A DNA stretch of 64,000 nucleotides from an uncultured Candidatus Saccharibacteria bacterium (GTDB lineage Bacteria; Patescibacteriota; UBA1384; JAMDBS01; DAOVQR01). The notes under the pieces were generated by a model that saw nothing but the letters and a program-made list of their open reading frames with translations, was not told the origin of the DNA and ran no database searches. The position numbers and the translations under genes are program-made. The stretch is taken from contig CAYZSW010000005.1 of NCBI GenBank assembly GCA_964481135.1, positions 28,126 through 92,125 on the forward strand, given 5' to 3'. Below are positions 56,084-64,000 of the stretch, piece by piece (the stretch's first letter is position 1; every line of letters starts with the position of its first letter).

Positions 56084-57652
56084 TTAAGATTGAAAATTTT
56101 TTAAAATTAATGATCTACCATTCATTTCTTTAGGTTTTTCGATATTCATTAACTCAAGTATTGTCGGCGCAATATCAGCCAAAACACCGTCTTGTCTTAA
56201 ATGATACTTTTTATCGTTACTAAAATCAATTAATATAAATGGAACTGGATTGTTACTATGTTGTGTACTTGTGGATCCTGTCTGAGGATTTAATAATTCT
56301 TCAGCATTTCCGTGATCTGCTGTAATTATTAGTGTTCCTTTTTTGTATTTAACGAAATTATATAACTTACCAAGTTGTTCATCTAAAAATTCTATTGCCT
56401 CTATGACAGCATGAAAGTTTCCTGTATGACCAACCATGTCTGGATTAGCATAATTAATAATAACAAAATCATATTTATACATTTTCATTCTTCTGATAAC
56501 TTCTTGTGTAATTTTTTCTGCAGACATTTTTGGTGCCATATCGTATGTTGAAACTCTTGGAGAATTAATAATCATTCTATCTTCTTTGGGAAATTGATTT
56601 TCAATTCCTCCGTTAAAAAAATAAGTTACGTGTGCATATTTTTCTGTTTCAGCAATATGAAATTGCTTTAAATTGTTATTTGACAAAACTTCAGCCAAAG
56701 TATTATCGAGCTTTTGAGGCCCAAAAATACTATGAATATTTTTACCTACCTCTAATTCAGTACCATAAGGAATCATACCTGTAAAATACAGGTTCTGTAT
56801 TTTTTGTCTGCGAAAATTATTAAATTTGTCATCATTAAATGCCTGCGTTATTTGTCTGGCTCTGTCTGATCTAAAATTAAAAAATATCACACTATCGTTA
56901 TCTGAAATTTTTGTAAATTTATTAGATTTATCACTAATTGTAATCGGCTTAATATATTCATCTGTTTCACCATTTTTATAAGAATTAGAAACCGCTGAAA
57001 TAGGGGATTCAAAATTACTACCCATTCCTTGCGTTAAAAGATTATATGCCATTTGAGTTCTATCCCAGTGATTATCTCTATCCATAGCATAGTATCTACC
57101 AATTAATGAATTTATTCTTCCTACACCAATTTGCTTTATTTTATTTTGTAATTTTTCAATTAACTCAATGGCTGACATATTTAAATTATCTCTACCGTCA
57201 GTAAATAAATCTAAGTAAACCCGATCAAAATTCGAATTTCTAGCAAATTGTAGTAAGGCATAAATATGATCCGTATGGGAATGAATTCTACCCGTACTTA
57301 AAAGTCCTATTAAATGTAAATTCGAATTATATTTTTTTGCATGATTAACAGTATTAAATAATTCTTTACTTTTAAAAAAAGATTGGTCTTCAATTGATTT
57401 TGAAATTCTTGAACAATCTTGATAAACTATTCTGCCTGATCCAATGTTTAAATGTCCAACTTCTGAATTTCCTTGTTCGTGTCCAGGAAGACCAACATAT
57501 TTTCCAGAAGCTTCAATTTGCGCATGACTATAATTTTTCCAAAACATATCAAAATTAGGAGTTTTCGACTGAGTAATTGCATTAGCACCCCAAGACGGGG
57601 CAATACCCCAGCCGTCAAGTATTGTTAAAAATACTGGATTTGTATTATTCAT
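56084..57652 (-). CDS. gpmI: 2,3-bisphosphoglycerate-independent phosphoglycerate mutase, paralog 1
   Basis: ILDGWG; NSEVGHLNIGSGR; TADHGN. Confidence 0.88.
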   Translation of the reverse strand: MNNTNPVFLTILDGWGIAPSWGANAITQSKTPNFDMFWKNYSHAQIEASGKYVGLPGHEQGNSEVGHLNIGSGRIVYQDCSRISKSIEDQSFFKSKELFNTVNHAKKYNSNLHLIGLLSTGRIHSHTDHIYALLQFARNSNFDRVYLDLFTDGRDNLNMSAIELIEKLQNKIKQIGVGRINSLIGRYYAMDRDNHWDRTQMAYNLLTQGMGSNFESPISAVSNSYKNGETDEYIKPITISDKSNKFTKISDNDSVIFFNFRSDRARQITQAFNDDKFNNFRRQKIQNLYFTGMIPYGTELEVGKNIHSIFGPQKLDNTLAEVLSNNNLKQFHIAETEKYAHVTYFFNGGIENQFPKEDRMIINSPRVSTYDMAPKMSAEKITQEVIRRMKMYKYDFVIINYANPDMVGHTGNFHAVIEAIEFLDEQLGKLYNFVKYKKGTLIITADHGNAEELLNPQTGSTSTQHSNNPVPFILIDFSNDKKYHLRQDGVLADIAPTILELMNIEKPKEMNGRSLILKNFQS

Positions 57653-57686
57653 ATATCCCTACTATTTATATTTTTTAGTATTATTT

Positions 57687-59267
57687 CTATATTAAATCTT
57701 TTAGTGATTGTCCTGTCATTTCCTCTGGGTGCTGCAAATTGAGTAAATCAATAATAGTTGGTGAAATATCAGCTATAACACCTGTCGGCTCTTGAGAAAA
57801 AAAAGAAATTTTTTCTTCTAAAGAAAAGTTATTATCAGATAATTTTAATTCTGGACAAGCCAAAACCATAGGTACTGGATTAGTGGTATGATTTTTATCA
57901 ATGGAACCATCGTGGGGACTTATCATTTGCTCACAATTGCCGTGATCGGAAGTAATTATTAAATTTGCATCAAGCTCTTGCGATAATTTAATAATTTTTG
58001 CTAAGTTTTTATCTACGAATTCACATGCTTTAATTGCAGATTGCAGATTGCCAGTATGTCCTACCATATCTGGATTTGCAAAATTAATTACCGAAAAATG
58101 TGGCATATTTTTCTTAAAATTTAATATAAACTGATCTACAACTTTTTCCAAAGACATTTCTGGCACCAGATCATAAGATTCAACTTTAGGCGATGGAATT
58201 AAAATTCTACTTTCACCTTGAAATTCTTTTTCGTGGCCACCGTTAAAAAAATAAGTTACATGGGCATATTTTTCTGTTTCCGAAGCATGTAATTGAAGAA
58301 AATTATTTTGACTTACAATACTTGCCAATTGGTTGCTTGTTTCTGATTGAAAAAAAGCAACTTGAGTATTTATATCTGGTTCATCTCCATAAGAAACAAA
58401 ACCTGAAAAAAATATTTTTGGTTGATTTTTACGCTGAAAACTTGAAAAATTGTCATCTATAAGAGTTGAAGCAATTTGAGATGTTCTGTCTTGTCGAAAA
58501 TTAAAACAGATCACTGAATCGTTAGATCGAATTAAGTTTGCATTATCTAATAAGCTTGGCTCAATATTTTCATCATTTTGATTATTCTCGTAGGCATTTT
58601 CAATTGCCGATTGAGCATTTGAAAATTTTTTACCCATACCGCTGACAATTAAATCGTATGCCTTTTGCGTTCTTTCCCAGTTTTTATCCCTATCCATCGC
58701 ATAAAACCTACCACAAATTGTTGAAATTTGACCGATTTTTATTTCATTAATTTTTTTATCAATTATTTGGATAAATTGCTGTGCACTTTTTGCTGGGGTA
58801 TCTCTACCATCAGTAATAATATGTATGGAAAGCTTCTGGACTTGTTGTATCTTAGCTAAATCCATTAAAGCTAAAAGGTGGTTTATGCTAGAATGTACCC
58901 CTCCGTTTGAAACTAAACCAATTAAATGGAGTGTAGAATTGTTTTTGTTCACTTTATTGCATGCATTAATTAAAGATTTGTTCGAAAAAAAAGATTTGTT
59001 TTTTATTGATTCATTAATTCTGGTTAAATCCTGCATAACTATTCTTCCAGTACCCAAATTTAAGTGACCCACCTCTGAATTTCCAACTTCTCCAGGTTCC
59101 AAACCAACCTCACTGGCCGAAGCATGCAAAAGTGTTTTAGGAAAATTTGCATAAAGATAATCAAGATTTGGCATTTTTGCAGATAAAATTGAATTTCCTT
59201 CTTCAACCGAAGAAGCACCAAAACCATCTAATATTACTAAAATAAGGGGTCTAGATTTTATAGACAT
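57687..59267 (-). CDS. gpmI: 2,3-bisphosphoglycerate-independent phosphoglycerate mutase, paralog 2
   Basis: VILDGFG; NSEVGHLNLGTGR; TSDHGN. Confidence 0.88.
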   Translation of the reverse strand: MSIKSRPLILVILDGFGASSVEEGNSILSAKMPNLDYLYANFPKTLLHASASEVGLEPGEVGNSEVGHLNLGTGRIVMQDLTRINESIKNKSFFSNKSLINACNKVNKNNSTLHLIGLVSNGGVHSSINHLLALMDLAKIQQVQKLSIHIITDGRDTPAKSAQQFIQIIDKKINEIKIGQISTICGRFYAMDRDKNWERTQKAYDLIVSGMGKKFSNAQSAIENAYENNQNDENIEPSLLDNANLIRSNDSVICFNFRQDRTSQIASTLIDDNFSSFQRKNQPKIFFSGFVSYGDEPDINTQVAFFQSETSNQLASIVSQNNFLQLHASETEKYAHVTYFFNGGHEKEFQGESRILIPSPKVESYDLVPEMSLEKVVDQFILNFKKNMPHFSVINFANPDMVGHTGNLQSAIKACEFVDKNLAKIIKLSQELDANLIITSDHGNCEQMISPHDGSIDKNHTTNPVPMVLACPELKLSDNNFSLEEKISFFSQEPTGVIADISPTIIDLLNLQHPEEMTGQSLKDLI

Positions 59268-59276
59268 AATTAAATA

Positions 59277-60473
59277 TCAAACTAATTTTTCTTCTATTCT
59301 GATTAATTGATTATATTTCGCAACTCTTTCTCCCCTAGAAGGAGCTCCGGTTTTAATAAAATTTGCATTCACACCCACCGCTAAATCAGAAATAAATGTT
59401 GATTCTGTTTCACCAGAACGATGGGAAATAATAATTGTGTAATTAGCTTCTTTGGCCATCCTAACTGTCTTAAAGGTCTCTGTTAATGTTCCAATTTGGT
59501 CAGGTTTTATGATTACACCATTAGCACATTTTTGGATAATACCTTTTTGCAATCTTTGAGGGTTTGTAGTGTAAATATCATCGCCAATTATTTTAACTTT
59601 ACTGCCAATTGCTTGATTAAGCTTTGTCCAATTTTCCCAATCATCTTCGCCTAAACCATCTTCTATTAAAATAATTGGGTAATTTTCTGTTATTTTTTGA
59701 TAATAGGCAATTGGAGAAAGAGGATAAGTAACAGCAGGTAAATTTGAAATTGAGCTTGCTGCCACATCAAGACCAATACTTACATCTTCTCGTGGTTTGT
59801 GACCAGATTTGATTATTGCATTTGTAATTAATTCTATAGCTTCTTCGTTGGTATTTAACTTAGGAGCAAAACCACCCTCGTCGCCAACATTAGTCGATAA
59901 TTTCATTTTTTTCATATCTGATTTTAACTGATGAAAAATTTCTGTTCCATCTTCAACCATTTGCTTAAAGCTCCTATTGCCGACAGGAATGATCATAAAT
60001 TCTTGAAAAGATAAATTATTATCAGCATGCTGCCCACCGTTAATAATATTAAACATAGGAAATGGCAGTTTAAAATCATTTTCATTTATTTTTGAGATTT
60101 CTCTTAAATATTTGAACAATGGCATCTTCTTTGAATTAGCAGCTGCTACCGATGTTGCTAAAGATAAAGCCAAAATTACATTACCTCCTAAATTACTTTT
60201 GTTTGCAGTACCATCCGTATTAATCATTGAAATATCTATTCTTTCTTGATCAAAAGCATTTTGACCAATAAGAATTTTTGATAATATTTCAATATTTTGG
60301 ATTGCTTTGTCTATATCTGTTACTCTAAAAGCTTCGTACTTTCCTTTAGATGCCCCAGAAGGAACAGATGTTCTACCAAAAGAACCGTCATCCAAATAAA
60401 TATCAACTTCAATAGTAAAATCTCCTCTTGAGTCCAAAATTTTTCGAGGAATAATTTTTTGTATTATTGCCAT
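59277..60473 (-). CDS. eno: enolase
   Basis: ILDSRG; SHRSGETEST; active-site regions. Confidence 0.92.
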   Translation of the reverse strand: MAIIQKIIPRKILDSRGDFTIEVDIYLDDGSFGRTSVPSGASKGKYEAFRVTDIDKAIQNIEILSKILIGQNAFDQERIDISMINTDGTANKSNLGGNVILALSLATSVAAANSKKMPLFKYLREISKINENDFKLPFPMFNIINGGQHADNNLSFQEFMIIPVGNRSFKQMVEDGTEIFHQLKSDMKKMKLSTNVGDEGGFAPKLNTNEEAIELITNAIIKSGHKPREDVSIGLDVAASSISNLPAVTYPLSPIAYYQKITENYPIILIEDGLGEDDWENWTKLNQAIGSKVKIIGDDIYTTNPQRLQKGIIQKCANGVIIKPDQIGTLTETFKTVRMAKEANYTIIISHRSGETESTFISDLAVGVNANFIKTGAPSRGERVAKYNQLIRIEEKLV

Positions 60474-60520
60474 AAACCCTCCAATTCATTATTATAGTTG
60501 TTAGTTTATAAAACTAAGCT

Positions 60521-61633
60521 TTATTTATTATCTGCCAATTTATCTTTTAGAAATTGTATAATATCTACCGGAGATGGATCAACTTGGTTTAAAATACTTA
60601 AATAATACGAAACAAAATCAACAAACATAATATTATGTAATATTTCTGAAAGTTCTCCGCCTTTTTGATTTATAAAAATATTTTCAAATTTTATTCCTTT
60701 TTTAGATAAAATTTGTTGTAAAACTTGATATCTAATTTTGTTTCGAGGATTGTCAAATTTTGATTGAAGTAAAATTGTTAGTGTATAATTTTGCAAATCT
60801 TTTGGATAATCAAGTCCAACAATATGATTATGACAAAGTTCTGGAACTTCATCATACATCGCGATATTTTTTGCATTCTCGTTTATTTGATCCTTAAATC
60901 TTCTAGCAATATTTTTAAGATTTCCACTAGCAAATATAACCGGTATTTTTTGGTGGATTTTTTCTGCTAATTTTTTTGCTTCATTATTGTTAGTTGTGAT
61001 ATCAAAATTAATTTTTTGTCGATAAATTTTTGTATTTTGAATAGAATCAAGTGCCTCATCTTTTCCAAACTCAATGTACCCAAGCTTGTTAAAAATGCAA
61101 ATTAATGGCATAAATGAATATGCAATTGCTGCTCTTGGGGCAGAGGAATAATCAATTTCAAAAATTGGTATTTTATGTTTTCTAGCCATCGAAGCCATTT
61201 TCCCACCCGTAGTTATTGCGATACATTTTGCTCCTACATCGATTGCTTTTTGAAAAGTGGTTAATGTCTCTTCGGTATTGCCAGAATAACTTGAAGCTAA
61301 AACTAAAGTATCGTTACCAACAAAATTTGGTAAATCGTAATCTCTAACAACAAAAACTGGAATTTTTGATGTCTTATAAATTAAATCTTTTGCTAAATCT
61401 CCACCGATAGCTGAACCACCTAATCCTAAAACCACAATATTTTTAGCTTTAATATAATGCGTAGGAACAATAAATTTTTTAGATTTTGTCCATGCTATCT
61501 CAAAATTTTCAGGTAATTCCGAAATCTTTCCAAGCATGTTATCTTTGTCAAACTTACTATATAACTCAATATCGTCTAACAATTTCATAATTTGTCCTTT
61601 CTGTCTATATTTCAGTAAAATTTTATCATCCAT
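60521..61633 (-). CDS. pgi: SIS-domain sugar-phosphate isomerase, bifunctional PGI/PMI family
   Basis: VVLGLGGSAIGGDL SIS motif; two SIS-like halves. Confidence 0.6.
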   Translation of the reverse strand: MDDKILLKYRQKGQIMKLLDDIELYSKFDKDNMLGKISELPENFEIAWTKSKKFIVPTHYIKAKNIVVLGLGGSAIGGDLAKDLIYKTSKIPVFVVRDYDLPNFVGNDTLVLASSYSGNTEETLTTFQKAIDVGAKCIAITTGGKMASMARKHKIPIFEIDYSSAPRAAIAYSFMPLICIFNKLGYIEFGKDEALDSIQNTKIYRQKINFDITTNNNEAKKLAEKIHQKIPVIFASGNLKNIARRFKDQINENAKNIAMYDEVPELCHNHIVGLDYPKDLQNYTLTILLQSKFDNPRNKIRYQVLQQILSKKGIKFENIFINQKGGELSEILHNIMFVDFVSYYLSILNQVDPSPVDIIQFLKDKLADNK

Positions 61634-61654
61634 AGAAGTAATTGTAAATAATTT

Positions 61655-62191
61655 TTATAAATTTTGATTTGATCTAACTCTTGTCTTGTAAATACGAATT
61701 TGTTCTTGAATTTGATTAGCTCTTAGTTTTGGCGATTCAATTGATTTAAATAAAATAAAATTTCCCTCAGACGCAGAATTAATTGTTACATCGCCAGCAT
61801 TAAATAAACTATCTATATAACCTTGTTTATATCTAACAAACTGAATATGACTATTAGCAATTGATTTTTCAGTTTTTAAAATTATTCCTTGCTCTATTTC
61901 AACTCTTTTGGTTGTAAGAACATAAAATTTGTTGATATTGTCCAAATAAATAACAACTATTACTAACAATATAACTAAAAGTGGAACAATGCTTACCCAA
62001 ATTTTATCACCTGGTAAAAATTCTAGTGCTTCTGGAATATTTAATATATCAAAAAGGATAAATATTACAACACCAAGCAAAATAAGACCAAAAACTATGG
62101 ACATAAATTTCTTTTTTTCTGGATTAACTTTAAATATCTCTTTTTCTCCTCTAAATTCTGGCATTTTCATTAATTCATCGTTTGGATTCAT
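61655..62191 (-). CDS. membrane protein with bacterial PH (bPH_2/YdbT-like) domain
   Basis: two TM helices then YVLTTKRVEIEQGIILKTEKSIANSHIQFV PH-like. Confidence 0.6.
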   Translation of the reverse strand: MNPNDELMKMPEFRGEKEIFKVNPEKKKFMSIVFGLILLGVVIFILFDILNIPEALEFLPGDKIWVSIVPLLVILLVIVVIYLDNINKFYVLTTKRVEIEQGIILKTEKSIANSHIQFVRYKQGYIDSLFNAGDVTINSASEGNFILFKSIESPKLRANQIQEQIRIYKTRVRSNQNL

Positions 62192-62541
62192 TCTTTATCC
62201 TTTGAGTCAAACAAAAGCGCATTAGTTAAAATTGTAATAATCCAATATATTATTGCTGCCCAAAACGCGGTCATATAATTAGTAATATAAAATCCATTGG
62301 TAAAACTCGCTACAAACCATAACATTAAAGCATTAATGAATAATGTAAATATTCCAAGTGTTAAAATATTTATTGGCAAAGTTAATAAAAGCAAAATTGG
62401 TCTAATAAGTGCATTAACAATAGCCAAAAAGAATACTGCAATCAATGCGGTAAAAAAATTATTTATTTCAACACCTGGCATTATATAAGCTACTAGTAGT
62501 AAACTGAGTGAATTAATAAACCATCGTAAAATTAGAATCAT
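62188..62541 (-). CDS. phage-holin family 4_2 (DUF360/YvlD-like) membrane protein
   Basis: MILILRWFINSLSLLLVAYIMPGVEINNFFTALIAVFFLAIVNALIRPILLLLTLPINILTLGIFTLFINALML. Confidence 0.65.
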   Translation of the reverse strand: MILILRWFINSLSLLLVAYIMPGVEINNFFTALIAVFFLAIVNALIRPILLLLTLPINILTLGIFTLFINALMLWFVASFTNGFYITNYMTAFWAAIIYWIITILTNALLFDSKDKE

Positions 62542-62542
62542 A

Positions 62543-62833
62543 TTAAACCTTAGTTATATGTTTTTTTTTAATTATCTTTTTTTCAATAAATTCTTTAATT
62601 GGAATGTAACAAGTTTTTCCGATGTCTTCGTCTTGGGAAATAATTTTAACTTTTACCCAATCATCTGAAATATCTGGCGTGTTTTTTCTATCATAACTCA
62701 AAACTTCTGCAATAGCACCTTTATTTATTCGTGTTGTAGTCCACGCTCCAGGTCTTGAAATACCTTTTCCTTCGACCATGGTTCGAAAATAAATTTTAAC
62801 TCCAGGCGTAAATTGTAATTGTGGAAATTTCAT
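62543..62833 (-). CDS. hypothetical protein (96 aa)
   Basis: ORF adjacent/co-directional with holin-like gene; no motif. Confidence 0.45.
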   Translation of the reverse strand: MKFPQLQFTPGVKIYFRTMVEGKGISRPGAWTTTRINKGAIAEVLSYDRKNTPDISDDWVKVKIISQDEDIGKTCYIPIKEFIEKKIIKKKHITKV

Positions 62834-62948
62834 ATTAAAACATTTTCATTTAAATTCTAATTCAATTTTATTATATAATAAAATTCTTCTAAATCAAAAT
62901 ATTAAACATGATATTGAGGTTTTTAATAAACTATAGTAAGATTTTAGT

Positions 62949-63554
62949 ATGAAGGTTATAAAAATTAACCCAAATAATCCTCACCCCGACATTTTAACCG
63001 AATCAGTAAAGTGCCTTAGTGCTGGTGGTACTTTAGTTTATCCTACTGATACCTGCTATGGCTTGGGAGCTGACATGCTAAACCCGATTGCAGTAAACAA
63101 AATCTATAAGATTAAAAACCGTCAGGATAGAAAACCACTATCGTTAATCATAAGAAACATCTCTCAATTGAAAAAATATGCTTTTGTAGAAAACAAACAA
63201 GAACTAATTTTAAAACGCCATCTACCGGGTCAATTCACTTTTGTTTTACTTAGTATAAATTATGATATTTTTAAACAATCAAGTGTTGGCATAAGAATGC
63301 CAAATTATAAATTTACCAAATTACTCTCTGATAAATTTTCAAATCCTTATTGCACAACTAGTGCAAATATATCAGGACACGAACCATGTTACGATATAAA
63401 TTGCATTCTTAAACAATTCACAAATGCCCAAGCTCAGCCAAATTTAATTTTAGATGCAGGGCAATTACCAAAAAATCTACCCTCAACTGTGGTAGATTTA
63501 ACAAATTGGCCACCAAATATTATTAGACAAGGTGCCGAAAAATTAATAATTTAA
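62949..63554 (+). CDS. tsaC: L-threonylcarbamoyladenylate synthase (YrdC/TsaC)
   Basis: SAGGTLVYPTDTCYGLGAD YrdC motif. Confidence 0.85.
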   Translation: MKVIKINPNNPHPDILTESVKCLSAGGTLVYPTDTCYGLGADMLNPIAVNKIYKIKNRQDRKPLSLIIRNISQLKKYAFVENKQELILKRHLPGQFTFVLLSINYDIFKQSSVGIRMPNYKFTKLLSDKFSNPYCTTSANISGHEPCYDINCILKQFTNAQAQPNLILDAGQLPKNLPSTVVDLTNWPPNIIRQGAEKLII

Positions 63555-63562
63555 ATTTATAT

Positions 63563-63649
63563 TGGTGCCGTGGGAGAGAATCGAACTCTCAAGGTTTTGC
63601 AACCATAGGTTTTTGAGACCTACGCGTATACCAATTCCGCCACCACGGC
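63563..63649 (-). tRNA. tRNA-Leu (anticodon CAA), long variable arm
   Basis: rev-comp GCCGTGGTGGCGGAATTGGTATACGCGTAGGTCTCAAAAACCTATGGTTGCAAAACCTTGAGAGTTCGATTCTCTCCCACGGCACCA. Confidence 0.85.
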
Positions 63650-63778
63650 ATTAAATGTTAATTATTATTTGTTTATTGTTATTTGCTAATTGTTAATTGA
63701 TAGATGTTCTTTGTTTATTATTTTTAAGCTTTATGATATACTAAATAATAGCAGAAAACTAACTTTATAACAAGAAAA

Positions 63779-64000
63779 ATGGAGGGGGATTTGACGCAAG
63801 AAAAAAATATTCCAATCAAAATTAGTAAAAAAGATGTAGAAGATCTTTTTCAAAAACCAACTGACTCTAAATCTACAAAAATAACAAAAAATGTTTTTAA
63901 ATGGCTAGGAATTTTTATTTTAGTAATTTTTTTAGGATTTGCGTTTGTCAATGGTCCAGCAATTTATGCCAATGCTAAATATTTTACTTATGTTGATTTA
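63779..64000 (+). CDS. hypothetical signal-anchored protein, 5' part (continues beyond window)
   Basis: GGAGGGGG SD then ATG 63779; MEGDLTQEKNIPIK...WLGIFILVIFLGFAFVNGP TM helix. Confidence 0.45.
   Translation, partial: MEGDLTQEKNIPIKISKKDVEDLFQKPTDSKSTKITKNVFKWLGIFILVIFLGFAFVNGPAIYANAKYFTYVDL

Noticed and set aside
1-64000. CRISPR array search
   Set aside because: No regularly spaced short direct repeats with unique spacers were found. The only repeat families are REPs and palindromes with irregular spacing, and no cas genes are present.

Overview
This is an AT-rich (~30% GC) bacterial contig with compact, overlapping genes. It looks like a reduced-genome, fermentative organism, possibly a CPR/Patescibacteria-like lineage, but that is inferred from the sequence alone.

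The first 17.8 kb is the conserved ribosomal super-operon: the tuf 3' end, rpsJ, then the S10, spc and alpha operons through rpsI. Unusual points in this block are:
- ~840 bp inserted between rpsJ and rplC.
- no L30 gene between rpsE and rplO.
- an extra PD40 beta-propeller gene between secY and adk.
- an apparent frameshift in rpmJ.
- an rpoA that lacks the C-terminal domain.

After dinB, positions ~19.65-29.7 kb form an accessory island bounded by GC-rich hairpin and REP-like repeats with a shared 'acctcg/cgaggt' core. It carries:
- two IS200-like Y1 (RAYT) transposases flanked by palindromic repeats.
- two unknown ORFs, the first bracketed by 48-bp direct repeats.
- a probable Type II restriction-modification operon (two beta-class N6/N4 methyltransferases plus an HNH-like endonuclease).
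- a tandem pair of ORFs with R-x4-H (HEPN) motifs, the first interrupted by an in-frame TAA.
- an OLD-family ABC-ATPase/Toprim nuclease.

The HEPN pair plus the OLD nuclease is the best candidate for an undescribed defence module.

Downstream are cell-envelope genes: a DUF378 protein, a Tat-signal lytic transglycosylase, two tandem MliC-like lysozyme inhibitors, a YARHG protein and a large BNR/beta-propeller lipoprotein. They are followed by rbfA, pheST, an archaeal-type aspS and a D-Ala-D-Ala carboxypeptidase.

On the minus strand are rnc, nusB, rpmF, leuS and tRNA-Ala. After them come an HD dGTPase-like gene, cca, a compact pyruvate:ferredoxin oxidoreductase-ackA-pduL acetate/ATP module, two tandem gpmI paralogs, eno, a PGI/PMI-family isomerase, membrane proteins, tsaC and tRNA-Leu(CAA).

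A 70-bp GC-rich double-hairpin element occurs twice in inverted orientation (937-1006 and 38281-38349).
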